Positions 7,981-15,457 of a stretch of DNA of 34,345 bases are shown one piece after another (the stretch's first letter is position 1; each line of letters opens with the position of its first letter). This DNA comes from Alphaproteobacteria bacterium (GTDB lineage: Bacteria > Pseudomonadota > Alphaproteobacteria > Rickettsiales > JAFLCR01). Position numbers and translations under genes: made by a program. The stretch is taken from positions 1-34,345 of the forward strand of contig JAFLCR010000001.1 in the NCBI GenBank assembly GCA_017302755.1, in the 5' to 3' direction. Below the pieces are notes generated by a model, which ran no database searches, was not told where the DNA came from, and saw only the letters and a list, made by a program, of their open reading frames with translations.

Positions 7981-9390
7981 ATGTCTTTTACGATTGATTC
8001 CGCCAAACAGTTCATCACCAACAAAACCTACGATGAAATCAAGATCGGGGATGCAGCGTCGCTTACGCGCACGCTGACCAGGCAGGATATCCAGCTTTTC
8101 GCCATTGTTACGGGAGATATGAACCCGGCGCACCTGGACGAGGAGTACGCCAAAACCGACGTGTTCCATCAGATTGTCGGTCACGGCATGTGGACGGGAT
8201 CAATGTTTTCGGCGCTGCTCGGCATGTATCTGCCAGGACCGGGCACCATCTATCTCAGCCAGACACTGAAATTCCTTAAACCGGTGCGTATTGGGGAAAC
8301 CATCACCGCGTCGGTGAAAGTAATGTCAAAAGATGACAAGCATCATCACATCACCTTTGAAACACTATGCGTCAACGAACGCGGCGAGCACGTCATTGAA
8401 GGCGAAGCGCTGGTGTTGGCTCCGCTGGAAAAAATATCCTGGAAAGCATCGCCGCTGCCGGAAATTCAGATGAATGCTTCCACCCATAATTTTGAGGGAT
8501 GGTTGCTGGGCAAAGCACGTCAGGAAAAGCCGCTGAAAGTCGCCGTGGTGCACCCGGTGGATCTTCACTCTCTTACCGGTGCGGTCGAAGCCGCACGCAT
8601 GGGCCTCATCACGCCGGTGCTGGTCGGCCCGGAGAAAAAAATCCGCAAGGTCGCGGAAGATGCCCATCTCGCTATCGAGAATTACGAACTTATACCCACC
8701 CCTCACAGCCATGCGGCCGCAGCCGCAGCCGTCGAGTTGGCGCTGCAAGGAAAAGTGGAGGCCCTGATGAAGGGCAAGCTTCCCACGGATGAGTTGATGG
8801 CCCCCGTCATCGTCAGGGAAAAAGGCCTGCGCACGGGACGGCGCATGAGCCATGTTTTTGTATTGAACGTCCCCCGTTATCCCAAGCCGCTTTTTCTTAC
8901 CGATGCCGCCATCAACATTCGACCGACGTTGATGGAAAAAAAAGATATCATACAGAATGCAATCGACCTGTTCCGCGCCTTGGAATTGGGCACACCAAAA
9001 GTGGCTATTCTGTCTGCGGTGGAAACCGTCAACGAGAAACTGCCCTCAACCCTTGATGCGACCGCGCTATGCAAGATGGCCGAACGCGGGCAAATCTCTG
9101 GTGGCATGGTGGATGGCCCGCTCGCCTTCGATAATGCCATTTCGCGCGAGGCCGCTGCTATCAAGGGGCTCACTTCCCCGGTGGCGGGCGACGCGGACAT
9201 ACTGGTGGTTCCCGATATTGAATCCGGCAACATGCTCTATAAGGAGCTGCGTTATTTTTCAGGCGCTCAGGGCGCAGGACTCGTGATGGGCGCTAAGGTG
9301 CCTATCATTCTCACCAGCCGCGCGGGCGATACGGAAAACCGCGTCATATCGTGTGCCTTGGCATTACTTTATGCGCGCATGAGGGAGTAA
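7981..9390 (+). CDS. Fusion protein: N-terminal MaoC-like (R)-specific enoyl-CoA hydratase hot-dog domain plus C-terminal phosphate acetyl/butyryl-transferase (PTA_PTB) domain
   Basis: The track ORF starts at 7882 but runs through the ompW terminator hairpin, so the ATG at 7981 (MSFTIDSAKQF...) is preferred. N-terminus has the MaoC motif (TGDMNPAHLDEEYA...HGMW). The C-terminal ~300 aa are Pta/Ptb-like (KVAVVHPVD..., FLTDAAINIRP, ILVVPDIESGNMLYK). Confidence 0.85.
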   Translation: MSFTIDSAKQFITNKTYDEIKIGDAASLTRTLTRQDIQLFAIVTGDMNPAHLDEEYAKTDVFHQIVGHGMWTGSMFSALLGMYLPGPGTIYLSQTLKFLKPVRIGETITASVKVMSKDDKHHHITFETLCVNERGEHVIEGEALVLAPLEKISWKASPLPEIQMNASTHNFEGWLLGKARQEKPLKVAVVHPVDLHSLTGAVEAARMGLITPVLVGPEKKIRKVAEDAHLAIENYELIPTPHSHAAAAAAVELALQGKVEALMKGKLPTDELMAPVIVREKGLRTGRRMSHVFVLNVPRYPKPLFLTDAAINIRPTLMEKKDIIQNAIDLFRALELGTPKVAILSAVETVNEKLPSTLDATALCKMAERGQISGGMVDGPLAFDNAISREAAAIKGLTSPVAGDADILVVPDIESGNMLYKELRYFSGAQGAGLVMGAKVPIILTSRAGDTENRVISCALALLYARMRE

Positions 9391-10403
9391 TGGGGCTCAT
9401 CCTGACTTGCAATGCGGGCTCCACCAATACCAAATTGGCCGCGTTTGATCGTCAGACTCTGGAAATTAAGGGGCATACCGTCGCGCATGGCGCGGCAGAA
9501 GAAATTGCCTGGATCCACTCCATTGGTGACGTTGATAATATTGACGTTGTCGGCCATAGAGTCGTGCATGGCGGCCATATTTTTATCCGGCCTCAGCGCA
9601 TAACGAAGGACGTATTGAGACAGCTGAAAGATTTTATTCCCCTGGCTCCCCTTCATCAGCCGGCGGCGCTTCGCTTAATCGAAGAGTCGCAAAAGCTTTA
9701 TCCTCATATCCCCCACGTCGCCTGCTTCGATACGGCGTTTCATCACACCATGCCGGAAATTGAGTGTAGGATTCCCTTGCCTTCGCATTATCATCAACAG
9801 GGCGTTCAGCGTTACGGGTTCCACGGGCTTTCTTATCAGCATGTCGCCAACACCCTGCCAAAAATCGCGGGCGACAAAGCACAGGGCCGAATCATTGCCG
9901 CGCATCTCGGCGGGGGAGCAAGTGCTTGCGCCATGACAGGGTTAAAGAGTGTCGCCAGCACGATGGGGTTTTCCACGCTTGACGGGCTGATGATGAGTAC
10001 CCGTTGCGGCGTGCTTGACCCCGGCGTGATTTTTCACCTGTTGAAGGAGCTCGGCATGACCGTCTCTGCAGTCGAGCAGCTGCTCTATAAGGAATCCGGG
10101 CTTCTTGGCGTTTCCGGCATCAGCGCGGACATGCGCGCTTTGCGCGCCAGCGACAAACCCGAGGCACGCGAGGCGGTGGCATTATATTGCCATCTCGCCG
10201 CCCGGCAGATTGCCGGATTGCTGCCCGCTATCGGCGGGCTGGACGCGTTGGTATTTACCGGTGGCATTGGTGAGAATGATGACTTCGTGCGTAATGCAAT
10301 CGCGCAAGCCCTGCATTGGATCGGTGATTTTTCCGTATATGTTATCCCGGCGGACGAAGAGCGGGTCATCGCCGAGTCCTGCCAAGCCGGCATCTTCCGT
10401 TAG
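9390..10403 (+). CDS. ackA: Acetate/propionate kinase family protein (compact, 337 aa)
   Basis: ATG at 9390 shares one base with the upstream TAA (TAATG). AckA motifs read in order: ILTCNAGSTNTKLAAF, VGHRVVHGG, LAPLHQPAAL, ACFDTAFHHTMPE, YGFHGLSYQHV, AAHLGGGASACA, MGFSTLDGLMMSTRCGVLDP, FTGGIGENDDFVR, IPADEERVIA. Confidence 0.88.
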   Translation: MGLILTCNAGSTNTKLAAFDRQTLEIKGHTVAHGAAEEIAWIHSIGDVDNIDVVGHRVVHGGHIFIRPQRITKDVLRQLKDFIPLAPLHQPAALRLIEESQKLYPHIPHVACFDTAFHHTMPEIECRIPLPSHYHQQGVQRYGFHGLSYQHVANTLPKIAGDKAQGRIIAAHLGGGASACAMTGLKSVASTMGFSTLDGLMMSTRCGVLDPGVIFHLLKELGMTVSAVEQLLYKESGLLGVSGISADMRALRASDKPEAREAVALYCHLAARQIAGLLPAIGGLDALVFTGGIGENDDFVRNAIAQALHWIGDFSVYVIPADEERVIAESCQAGIFR

Positions 10404-10415
10404 GGTGTTCGGCAT

Positions 10416-13022
10416 ATGACCGCCCGGATGCGCTCTCATAACAGCGAACCCGGCCTAACCTCACAGGAGGCTTGCGCACGCTTGGCCGAATATGGGCCGA
10501 ACGTGTTGCCGGAAGCTCGGCCGCCATCCTTTATTGGCATTTTTCTCAAACAGTTTTTCAATCCCCTTATTTATATTCTCCTCTTGGCCGCCGTGCTGTC
10601 GCTTATTGTCAGCGATCTCAGGGATGCGGTTTTTATCGGCATCGTGCTGTTGATAAACGGCATGATCGGAGCCGTTCAGGAATACTCCGCAGGCCGCGAG
10701 GCGGCAGCCCTCAAGAAGCTGGAACAACCAAGCGCAATAGTGATCCGTGACGGCATTTCCCGCCTCATCGATGCATGTGAACTGGTGCCTGGCGACGTGG
10801 TGCTTCTGGAAGCCGGCAGCCGCGTGCCCGCCGATCTCATGCTTCAGGAATGCGTAGACCTGCAATGTGACGAGTCGCTGCTCACCGGTGAATCATTACC
10901 CTTAAAAAAAACAGCATCTGCGTCATGTTTTGCCGGCACCATGGTCACGCGCGGGCGGGGTAAGGGAGTCGTCTCGGCTACCGGCCTGCGTACAGAAATT
11001 GGCAAAATCGCGCAGGAAATTTCCCGCCGCCCGCTCTCCGAGCCGCCGCTGATGATCCGCATGAAACGCTTCACCCGCAATATTGCCGTCGGCGTGAGTG
11101 GCGCGGTCGTTCTTCTAGCGGTCATCGGCTTTCTGCGCGGCATGGATATCCATGAACTGTTCATGATGTCTGTAGGTCTGGCGGTAAGTGCCATCCCCGA
11201 AGGGCTTCCCATCGCCATCTCCATCGCCCTGGCCATTGCCATGCGGCGTATGGCGAAAGCGAACGTGATCGTGCATCACATGCCTGCCGTGGAAGCGCTT
11301 GGCTCATGCACGCTGATCGCCACCGATAAAACCGGAACCTTGACCCTGAATGAGCTGACGGCTACCGATATCCTTTTGCCTGACGGCACCGAACTTATCT
11401 GCGACACAGGCATCGACATCACATCCGGCAGCATCCGAGGCAAAAATGCCATCACCAGTGAACGCGCAACTCGGTTACTGCACGCTGCGGCGCTTCCTAA
11501 TGAAGCAAAGCTCATCCAAGAAGAGAATGTGTGGCGCGGCATGGGCGATACAGTGGATGTGGCGTTGCTTGCTGCCGCGCATAAGGGCGGAGTGCGGCAA
11601 CAGGATATAGAGGCACATTACCCGCTGGTTTCCCGCATTCCTTATGAGCCGGATCTGAAATACGCCGCCTCCCTGCACCGGCGGCAGGAATCCATGCACA
11701 TCTTTGTCAAGGGTGCGCCGGAAGCGCTGATGGCCATGTGCGAATACATGGAAATGAACGGCGTGAGCACTCCGATCAATACGGACATGCTGACCGCTCA
11801 AAAAGAGCATCTTGCGGAAAGTGGCTTGCGGGTTCTTGCCTTCGCGGAAGGCATTATTGATAAATCTGACGGCGCCTTGCGCCATCATCATCTGGTCAAC
11901 CTCACTTTTCTTGGCATGGTGGGCATGCAGGATCCTATTCGGCCCGAAGTGCCGCAAGCGATCAAAGCCTGCCGCAGCGCCGGTATTGAGGTGGTCATGG
12001 TGACAGGCGATGATCCGAAAACGGCAAGCGTTATCGCGCGTCAGGCAGGGATGGAGGTTGAGGCGGGGCAGATCGTCACAGGCATGGATATCGAGCGTAC
12101 TGAAATCGAAGGCCAAGACTCCGTGGACAGGCTGACCAGGCAGGCGCGCGTCTACGCGAGGGTCAAGCCAGCACAGAAGCTGGCGATCGTGCTTTCCCTG
12201 GCCCGAAACGGCCATTTTGTAGCCGTAACCGGCGACGGCGTGAACGATGGGCCCGCGCTCAAACACGCGCATGTGGGCGTGGCAATGGGGCGCAAGGGAA
12301 CAGATGTCGCCAAGGAAAGCGCTGATATTATCCTCACCGATGATAATTTTGCATCCATTGTGGCGGGCATCAGAGAAGGCCGCGTCGCTTATGCGAATAT
12401 CCGCAAGGTTGTCTTCATGCTTGCCTCCACCGGCGCCGCCGAGGTGGTGGTGTTCCTTCTGGCGATGCTGTCAGGAATTCCTATGCCTCTGTTAGCGGTA
12501 CAGTTGCTATGGCTCAATCTGGTGACCAACGGCATCCAAGACGTGGCGCTGGCCTGCGAGAAAGCGGAGGGAGACGAATTGAACCATAAGCCCCGGAACC
12601 CCAGGGAACCCATTTTTGATCGCGTGATGACGCGGCGAGTGTTGCATGCCACCGTGGTGATGGGCGCTGGCGGGTTCGCCGTTTTCTGGTGGCTTCTTTC
12701 ACAAGGTTACGCCGAAGCAGAAGCCCGTAACCTACTGCTGCTTTTGTTCGTGCTGTTCGAGAACGTTCAAACATTCAACAGCCGTTCAGAACGGCGTTCC
12801 GTATTCCGCCAGGGGTTTCTGGCTAATCCGTTTCTGGTTATTTCCGTTCTTGCCGCGCAGGGATTGCATATTGCCGCCATGCACATCCCGGTTCTTGCCG
12901 ACACGCTTGGTATTGCCCCAGTCACATGGAGAGAGTGGGGCTGCCTTTTGCTGGCCGCCTCTTTCCTGATGATCGTGATGGAAATGGAAAAATGGTGGGA
13001 CAGATCCCGCCGCCAAGCTTAG
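10416..13022 (+). CDS. P2-type (E1-E2) cation-transporting ATPase, ion specificity unknown
   Basis: 868 aa, 12 nt after ackA. N-terminal cation-ATPase domain (GLTSQEACARLAEYGPNVLPE), TM4 IPEGLP, DKTGTLT, TGDDPKTA, TGDGVNDGPALK. TM6 reads LWLNLVTNGIQD. Confidence 0.9.
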   Translation: MTARMRSHNSEPGLTSQEACARLAEYGPNVLPEARPPSFIGIFLKQFFNPLIYILLLAAVLSLIVSDLRDAVFIGIVLLINGMIGAVQEYSAGREAAALKKLEQPSAIVIRDGISRLIDACELVPGDVVLLEAGSRVPADLMLQECVDLQCDESLLTGESLPLKKTASASCFAGTMVTRGRGKGVVSATGLRTEIGKIAQEISRRPLSEPPLMIRMKRFTRNIAVGVSGAVVLLAVIGFLRGMDIHELFMMSVGLAVSAIPEGLPIAISIALAIAMRRMAKANVIVHHMPAVEALGSCTLIATDKTGTLTLNELTATDILLPDGTELICDTGIDITSGSIRGKNAITSERATRLLHAAALPNEAKLIQEENVWRGMGDTVDVALLAAAHKGGVRQQDIEAHYPLVSRIPYEPDLKYAASLHRRQESMHIFVKGAPEALMAMCEYMEMNGVSTPINTDMLTAQKEHLAESGLRVLAFAEGIIDKSDGALRHHHLVNLTFLGMVGMQDPIRPEVPQAIKACRSAGIEVVMVTGDDPKTASVIARQAGMEVEAGQIVTGMDIERTEIEGQDSVDRLTRQARVYARVKPAQKLAIVLSLARNGHFVAVTGDGVNDGPALKHAHVGVAMGRKGTDVAKESADIILTDDNFASIVAGIREGRVAYANIRKVVFMLASTGAAEVVVFLLAMLSGIPMPLLAVQLLWLNLVTNGIQDVALACEKAEGDELNHKPRNPREPIFDRVMTRRVLHATVVMGAGGFAVFWWLLSQGYAEAEARNLLLLLFVLFENVQTFNSRSERRSVFRQGFLANPFLVISVLAAQGLHIAAMHIPVLADTLGIAPVTWREWGCLLLAASFLMIVMEMEKWWDRSRRQA

Positions 13023-13033
13023 GCAATCTCTCA

Positions 13034-13108
13034 TGGTGCCACCGGTGAGAATCGAACTCACGACCCCGTCATTACCAATGACGTGCTCTACCACTGAGCC
13101 ACGGCGGC
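13034..13108 (-). tRNA. tRNA-Thr (anticodon GGT), CCA encoded
   Basis: Reverse complement: GCCGCCGTGGCTCAGTGGTAGAGCACGTCATTGGTAATGACGGGGTCGTGAGTTCGATTCTCACCGGTGGCACCA. Folds by eye into a cloverleaf (7-bp acceptor stem with one G-U, GTTCGATTC T-loop, anticodon loop TTGGTAA). Confidence 0.93.
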
Positions 13109-13203
13109 TTAAGAGTTTTGAAAGCGGCGGGAAATTGGCATATTTCTTGGCTTCAAGCAAGAAATGATTTACTTTAGCGTAGTTGCAGGCTTTCCCCTTG
13201 GTT

Positions 13204-13365
13204 ATGACTGAAAAAAACGCACCTTCCCCATCTTCAACAACTTCAATGCCCTCGCCCGTTTCCACGGATAAGCCAGCGGGAAACATGAATATTTCTCGAA
13301 GAAAGCGATTGGGGGAGGCGTTAAAGGCCAATCTCAGGCGCAGAAAATCTTCTTCAAATTCATAA
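13204..13365 (+). CDS. Possible small basic-tailed protein (53 aa), function unknown
   Basis: MTEKNAPSPSSTTSMPSPVSTDKPAGNMNISRRKRLGEALKANLRRRKSSSNS*. From memory, the C-terminal L-x-E-A-L-K-A-N-L-R-R-R-K pattern recurs in small alphaproteobacterial hypothetical proteins. No clear SD. Start could also be upstream at 13183. Confidence 0.35.
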   Translation: MTEKNAPSPSSTTSMPSPVSTDKPAGNMNISRRKRLGEALKANLRRRKSSSNS

Positions 13366-13754
13366 TTTTATCTGGCGACGCCTGTGTCCTCTCCCCCGCC
13401 GCAAGATAAGAAGTCCTTTCTCTTCTTTCGTAACCGCAAGCATAATCTTGTCAACCGAAGCGAGGAAATCCATCGTCAGGATGAGGCCAAACGGCTGGCG
13501 GAGGAACAGGCAGCCCGGGAATCTCTCGTAGGTCCAAATCCTGAGGAACACCAAGAACCGCCGCCTCAAACCTATGCCAACGCCACGGCACTGACGGTAA
13601 AAACCAAGGAAATCCGGGTGCGCCTCGGACGCAAGCGTAGCCGTGCCCGCAGCCTGTGGCACCGTTATGAATCCAGCCTCCGCGGTGCGTGAGATGGTTG
13701 CGGAAAGCATTTTAACGTTCTAAATTTTCCCTTTAGCATAGGAAAGAGACGCGC

Positions 13755-14321
13755 ATGGGCATTATGCCAGATAGCTGGATTCGCGACCGCGCCCTGAACC
13801 AGGGCATGATCGAGCCTTTCGTGGAATCGCTGAAACGCGATAACGTGATTTCTTACGGCCTTTCTTCCTACGGTTATGACGCCCGGGTCTCAGACGAATT
13901 CAAGATCTTCACCAATGTGGATTCTGCCGTCGTAGACCCTAAGAACTTTGCCACCAATGGCTTTGTGGACCGCCAGGGTGCCATCTGCACCATTCCCCCC
14001 AATAGCTTCGTGCTGGCTCGTACGGTGGAATATTTCCGTATTCCCCGGGATGTCCTGGTCATTTGCGTCGGGAAATCGACTTACGCCCGCTGCGGCATTA
14101 TCGTGAACGTCACGCCGCTAGAACCGGAGTGGGAGGGGCATGTGACGCTCGAATTCTCCAACACCACCCCCCTGCCCGCCCGCATTTATGCCAATGAGGG
14201 CGCCTGCCAGTTTCTTTTTCTGCAGGGAAGCACGGAGTGCGAAATCTCGTACCGCGACCGCAAGGGAAAATACCAAAACCAGACGGGAGTTACGCTGCCG
14301 CGCGTGGAAGTCAAAGCCTGA
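13755..14321 (+). CDS. dcd: dCTP deaminase
   Basis: 188 aa: [22 protein letters not shown]..., [14 protein letters not shown], and the [31 protein letters not shown] motif typical of Dcd. Confidence 0.93.
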   Translation: MGIMPDSWIRDRALNQGMIEPFVESLKRDNVISYGLSSYGYDARVSDEFKIFTNVDSAVVDPKNFATNGFVDRQGAICTIPPNSFVLARTVEYFRIPRDVLVICVGKSTYARCGIIVNVTPLEPEWEGHVTLEFSNTTPLPARIYANEGACQFLFLQGSTECEISYRDRKGKYQNQTGVTLPRVEVKA

Positions 14322-14341
14322 TCCTGAAAAGGAGATTGCCG

Positions 14342-14962
14342 ATGCGATGGGGTATTGCTCTGAGTATGCTATTGTTATCCTGTCCTTTGGGCGGGGCCGT
14401 TTATGCCGCTGACACGGGCGGGTCATCAGCCGCCGTGGATCATCGCACCGCCATTTTTGCCGGAGGGTGCTTCTGGTGCATTCAAAGCGCGTTCGACGAT
14501 GTTCCGGGCGTACATACGTCGCGCGCTGGCTATACGGGCGGAACCGCGGAAACCGCCACTTACCGCCAAGTTTCCACCGGAAAAACCAAGCACCGCGAAG
14601 CGGTGGAGGTGGTCTATGACCCCCTGACCATCACCTATCCGCAATTGCTGGATATTTTCTGGCAGAGCATTGATCCCACAGATCCAGGGGGGCAGATGCA
14701 TGATCGTGGCCCACAATACACCACCGCTATTTACTATGCGACCCAGCAGCAGAAAGAAGAAGCTGAAACTTCGCGAAAAGCCGCTGAAGCGAAACTAAAC
14801 AAACCCATTGCCACCCAGATTCTTCCTGTGGAATCCTTTTACTCTGCCGAAGAGGAGCACCAGTTTTACCACCGCACCCATAAACGCGCCTATCAGGCGT
14901 ATGTGGAAGGCAGCCAGCGCAAACAGACGCTCAAACGCATCTGGGGAGCAGAAGATAAATGA
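14342..14962 (+). CDS. msrA: Peptide-methionine (S)-S-oxide reductase MsrA with an N-terminal signal peptide
   Basis: The track ORF starts at 14237 inside dcd. The ATG at 14342 follows AAAGGAG. N-terminus MRWGIALSMLLLSCPLGGAVYAADTGG is signal-peptide-like. Catalytic motif GGCFWC and HDPT-type motifs (IDPTDPGGQMHDRGPQYTTAIYY). Confidence 0.88.
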   Translation: MRWGIALSMLLLSCPLGGAVYAADTGGSSAAVDHRTAIFAGGCFWCIQSAFDDVPGVHTSRAGYTGGTAETATYRQVSTGKTKHREAVEVVYDPLTITYPQLLDIFWQSIDPTDPGGQMHDRGPQYTTAIYYATQQQKEEAETSRKAAEAKLNKPIATQILPVESFYSAEEEHQFYHRTHKRAYQAYVEGSQRKQTLKRIWGAEDK

Positions 14963-15014
14963 GGTTTTTATCCCACACCGTCACAAAACTTTCATTTGAC
15001 GTTTTGATTTTTCC

Positions 15015-15043
15015 TTGATTCTAGTAGTTATTTTCCGTATAAG
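15015..15043 (+). promoter_or_regulatory. Putative sigma70-type promoter for the 15073 ORF
   Basis: TTGATT (15015-15020), 17-nt spacer, TATAAG (15038-15043). Predicted TSS is about 20-25 nt before the ATG at 15073. Confidence 0.4.
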
Positions 15044-15072
15044 GACTTTACTTCACAAGGGAATATCCCGTT

Positions 15073-15408
15073 ATGCCACGGCTTACGGATATATTTAATC
15101 GGGCAGCGGCGTTACGCGAAGCCAAAAAGGCAGCTCTCGCGGAGGAGCAAGATGCCAGCAGCATGGGCAATGTGATTGCCCTGCAGGAAAAAAGCCGTAC
15201 TGTCGCGCACGCCACCCCGGTGGATCTTGACCTTTCCGCCACAACGCCCTCTTTCGTTATGCCCAAAGCCGAGACTTCCGCCTCGGCGATCAATTATACC
15301 AGCGCCTACTGGTCAAGCGGCTCTGTGATCAGTTTCAATCCGAAAAATTTCAAATTCCGCAAGGGTGTGGCTGGCGGAAAAGCGCAATACAAAACTTCCG
15401 CGCGCTGA
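15073..15408 (+). CDS. Hypothetical protein (111 aa), no recognisable domain
   Basis: ORF with its own promoter-like element and a weak AAGGGA SD-like element. N-terminal helical charged region (AALREAKKAALAEEQD), Ser/Thr/Ala-rich middle, basic C-terminus. No motif I recognise. Confidence 0.5.
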   Translation: MPRLTDIFNRAAALREAKKAALAEEQDASSMGNVIALQEKSRTVAHATPVDLDLSATTPSFVMPKAETSASAINYTSAYWSSGSVISFNPKNFKFRKGVAGGKAQYKTSAR

Positions 15409-15457
15409 TCCTTAAGATATTTTCCTCTTTTCCGAATCGCGAGTTAAGATTGGGCGT

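Noticed and set aside
11475-12272. 265-aa minus-strand ORF inside the P2-ATPase gene, and 233-aa ORF 2672-3373 antisense to ccoG
   Set aside because: The sense-strand genes carry unambiguous P-type ATPase and CcoG motifs. The antisense products have no motifs and the Arg/His/Gly-rich composition typical of shadow ORFs.
12786-13331. 181-aa minus-strand ORF spanning the ATPase 3' end and the tRNA-Thr gene
   Set aside because: It reads straight through a well-folded tRNA gene and the end of a bona fide CDS, so it is an artefact of the six-frame track.
13360-13710. 116-aa minus-strand ORF in the tRNA-Thr to dcd gap
   Set aside because: No SD at a usable distance, no recognisable motif, and it overlaps an equally weak plus-strand ORF. 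The region is kept as a finding rather than called as a gene.
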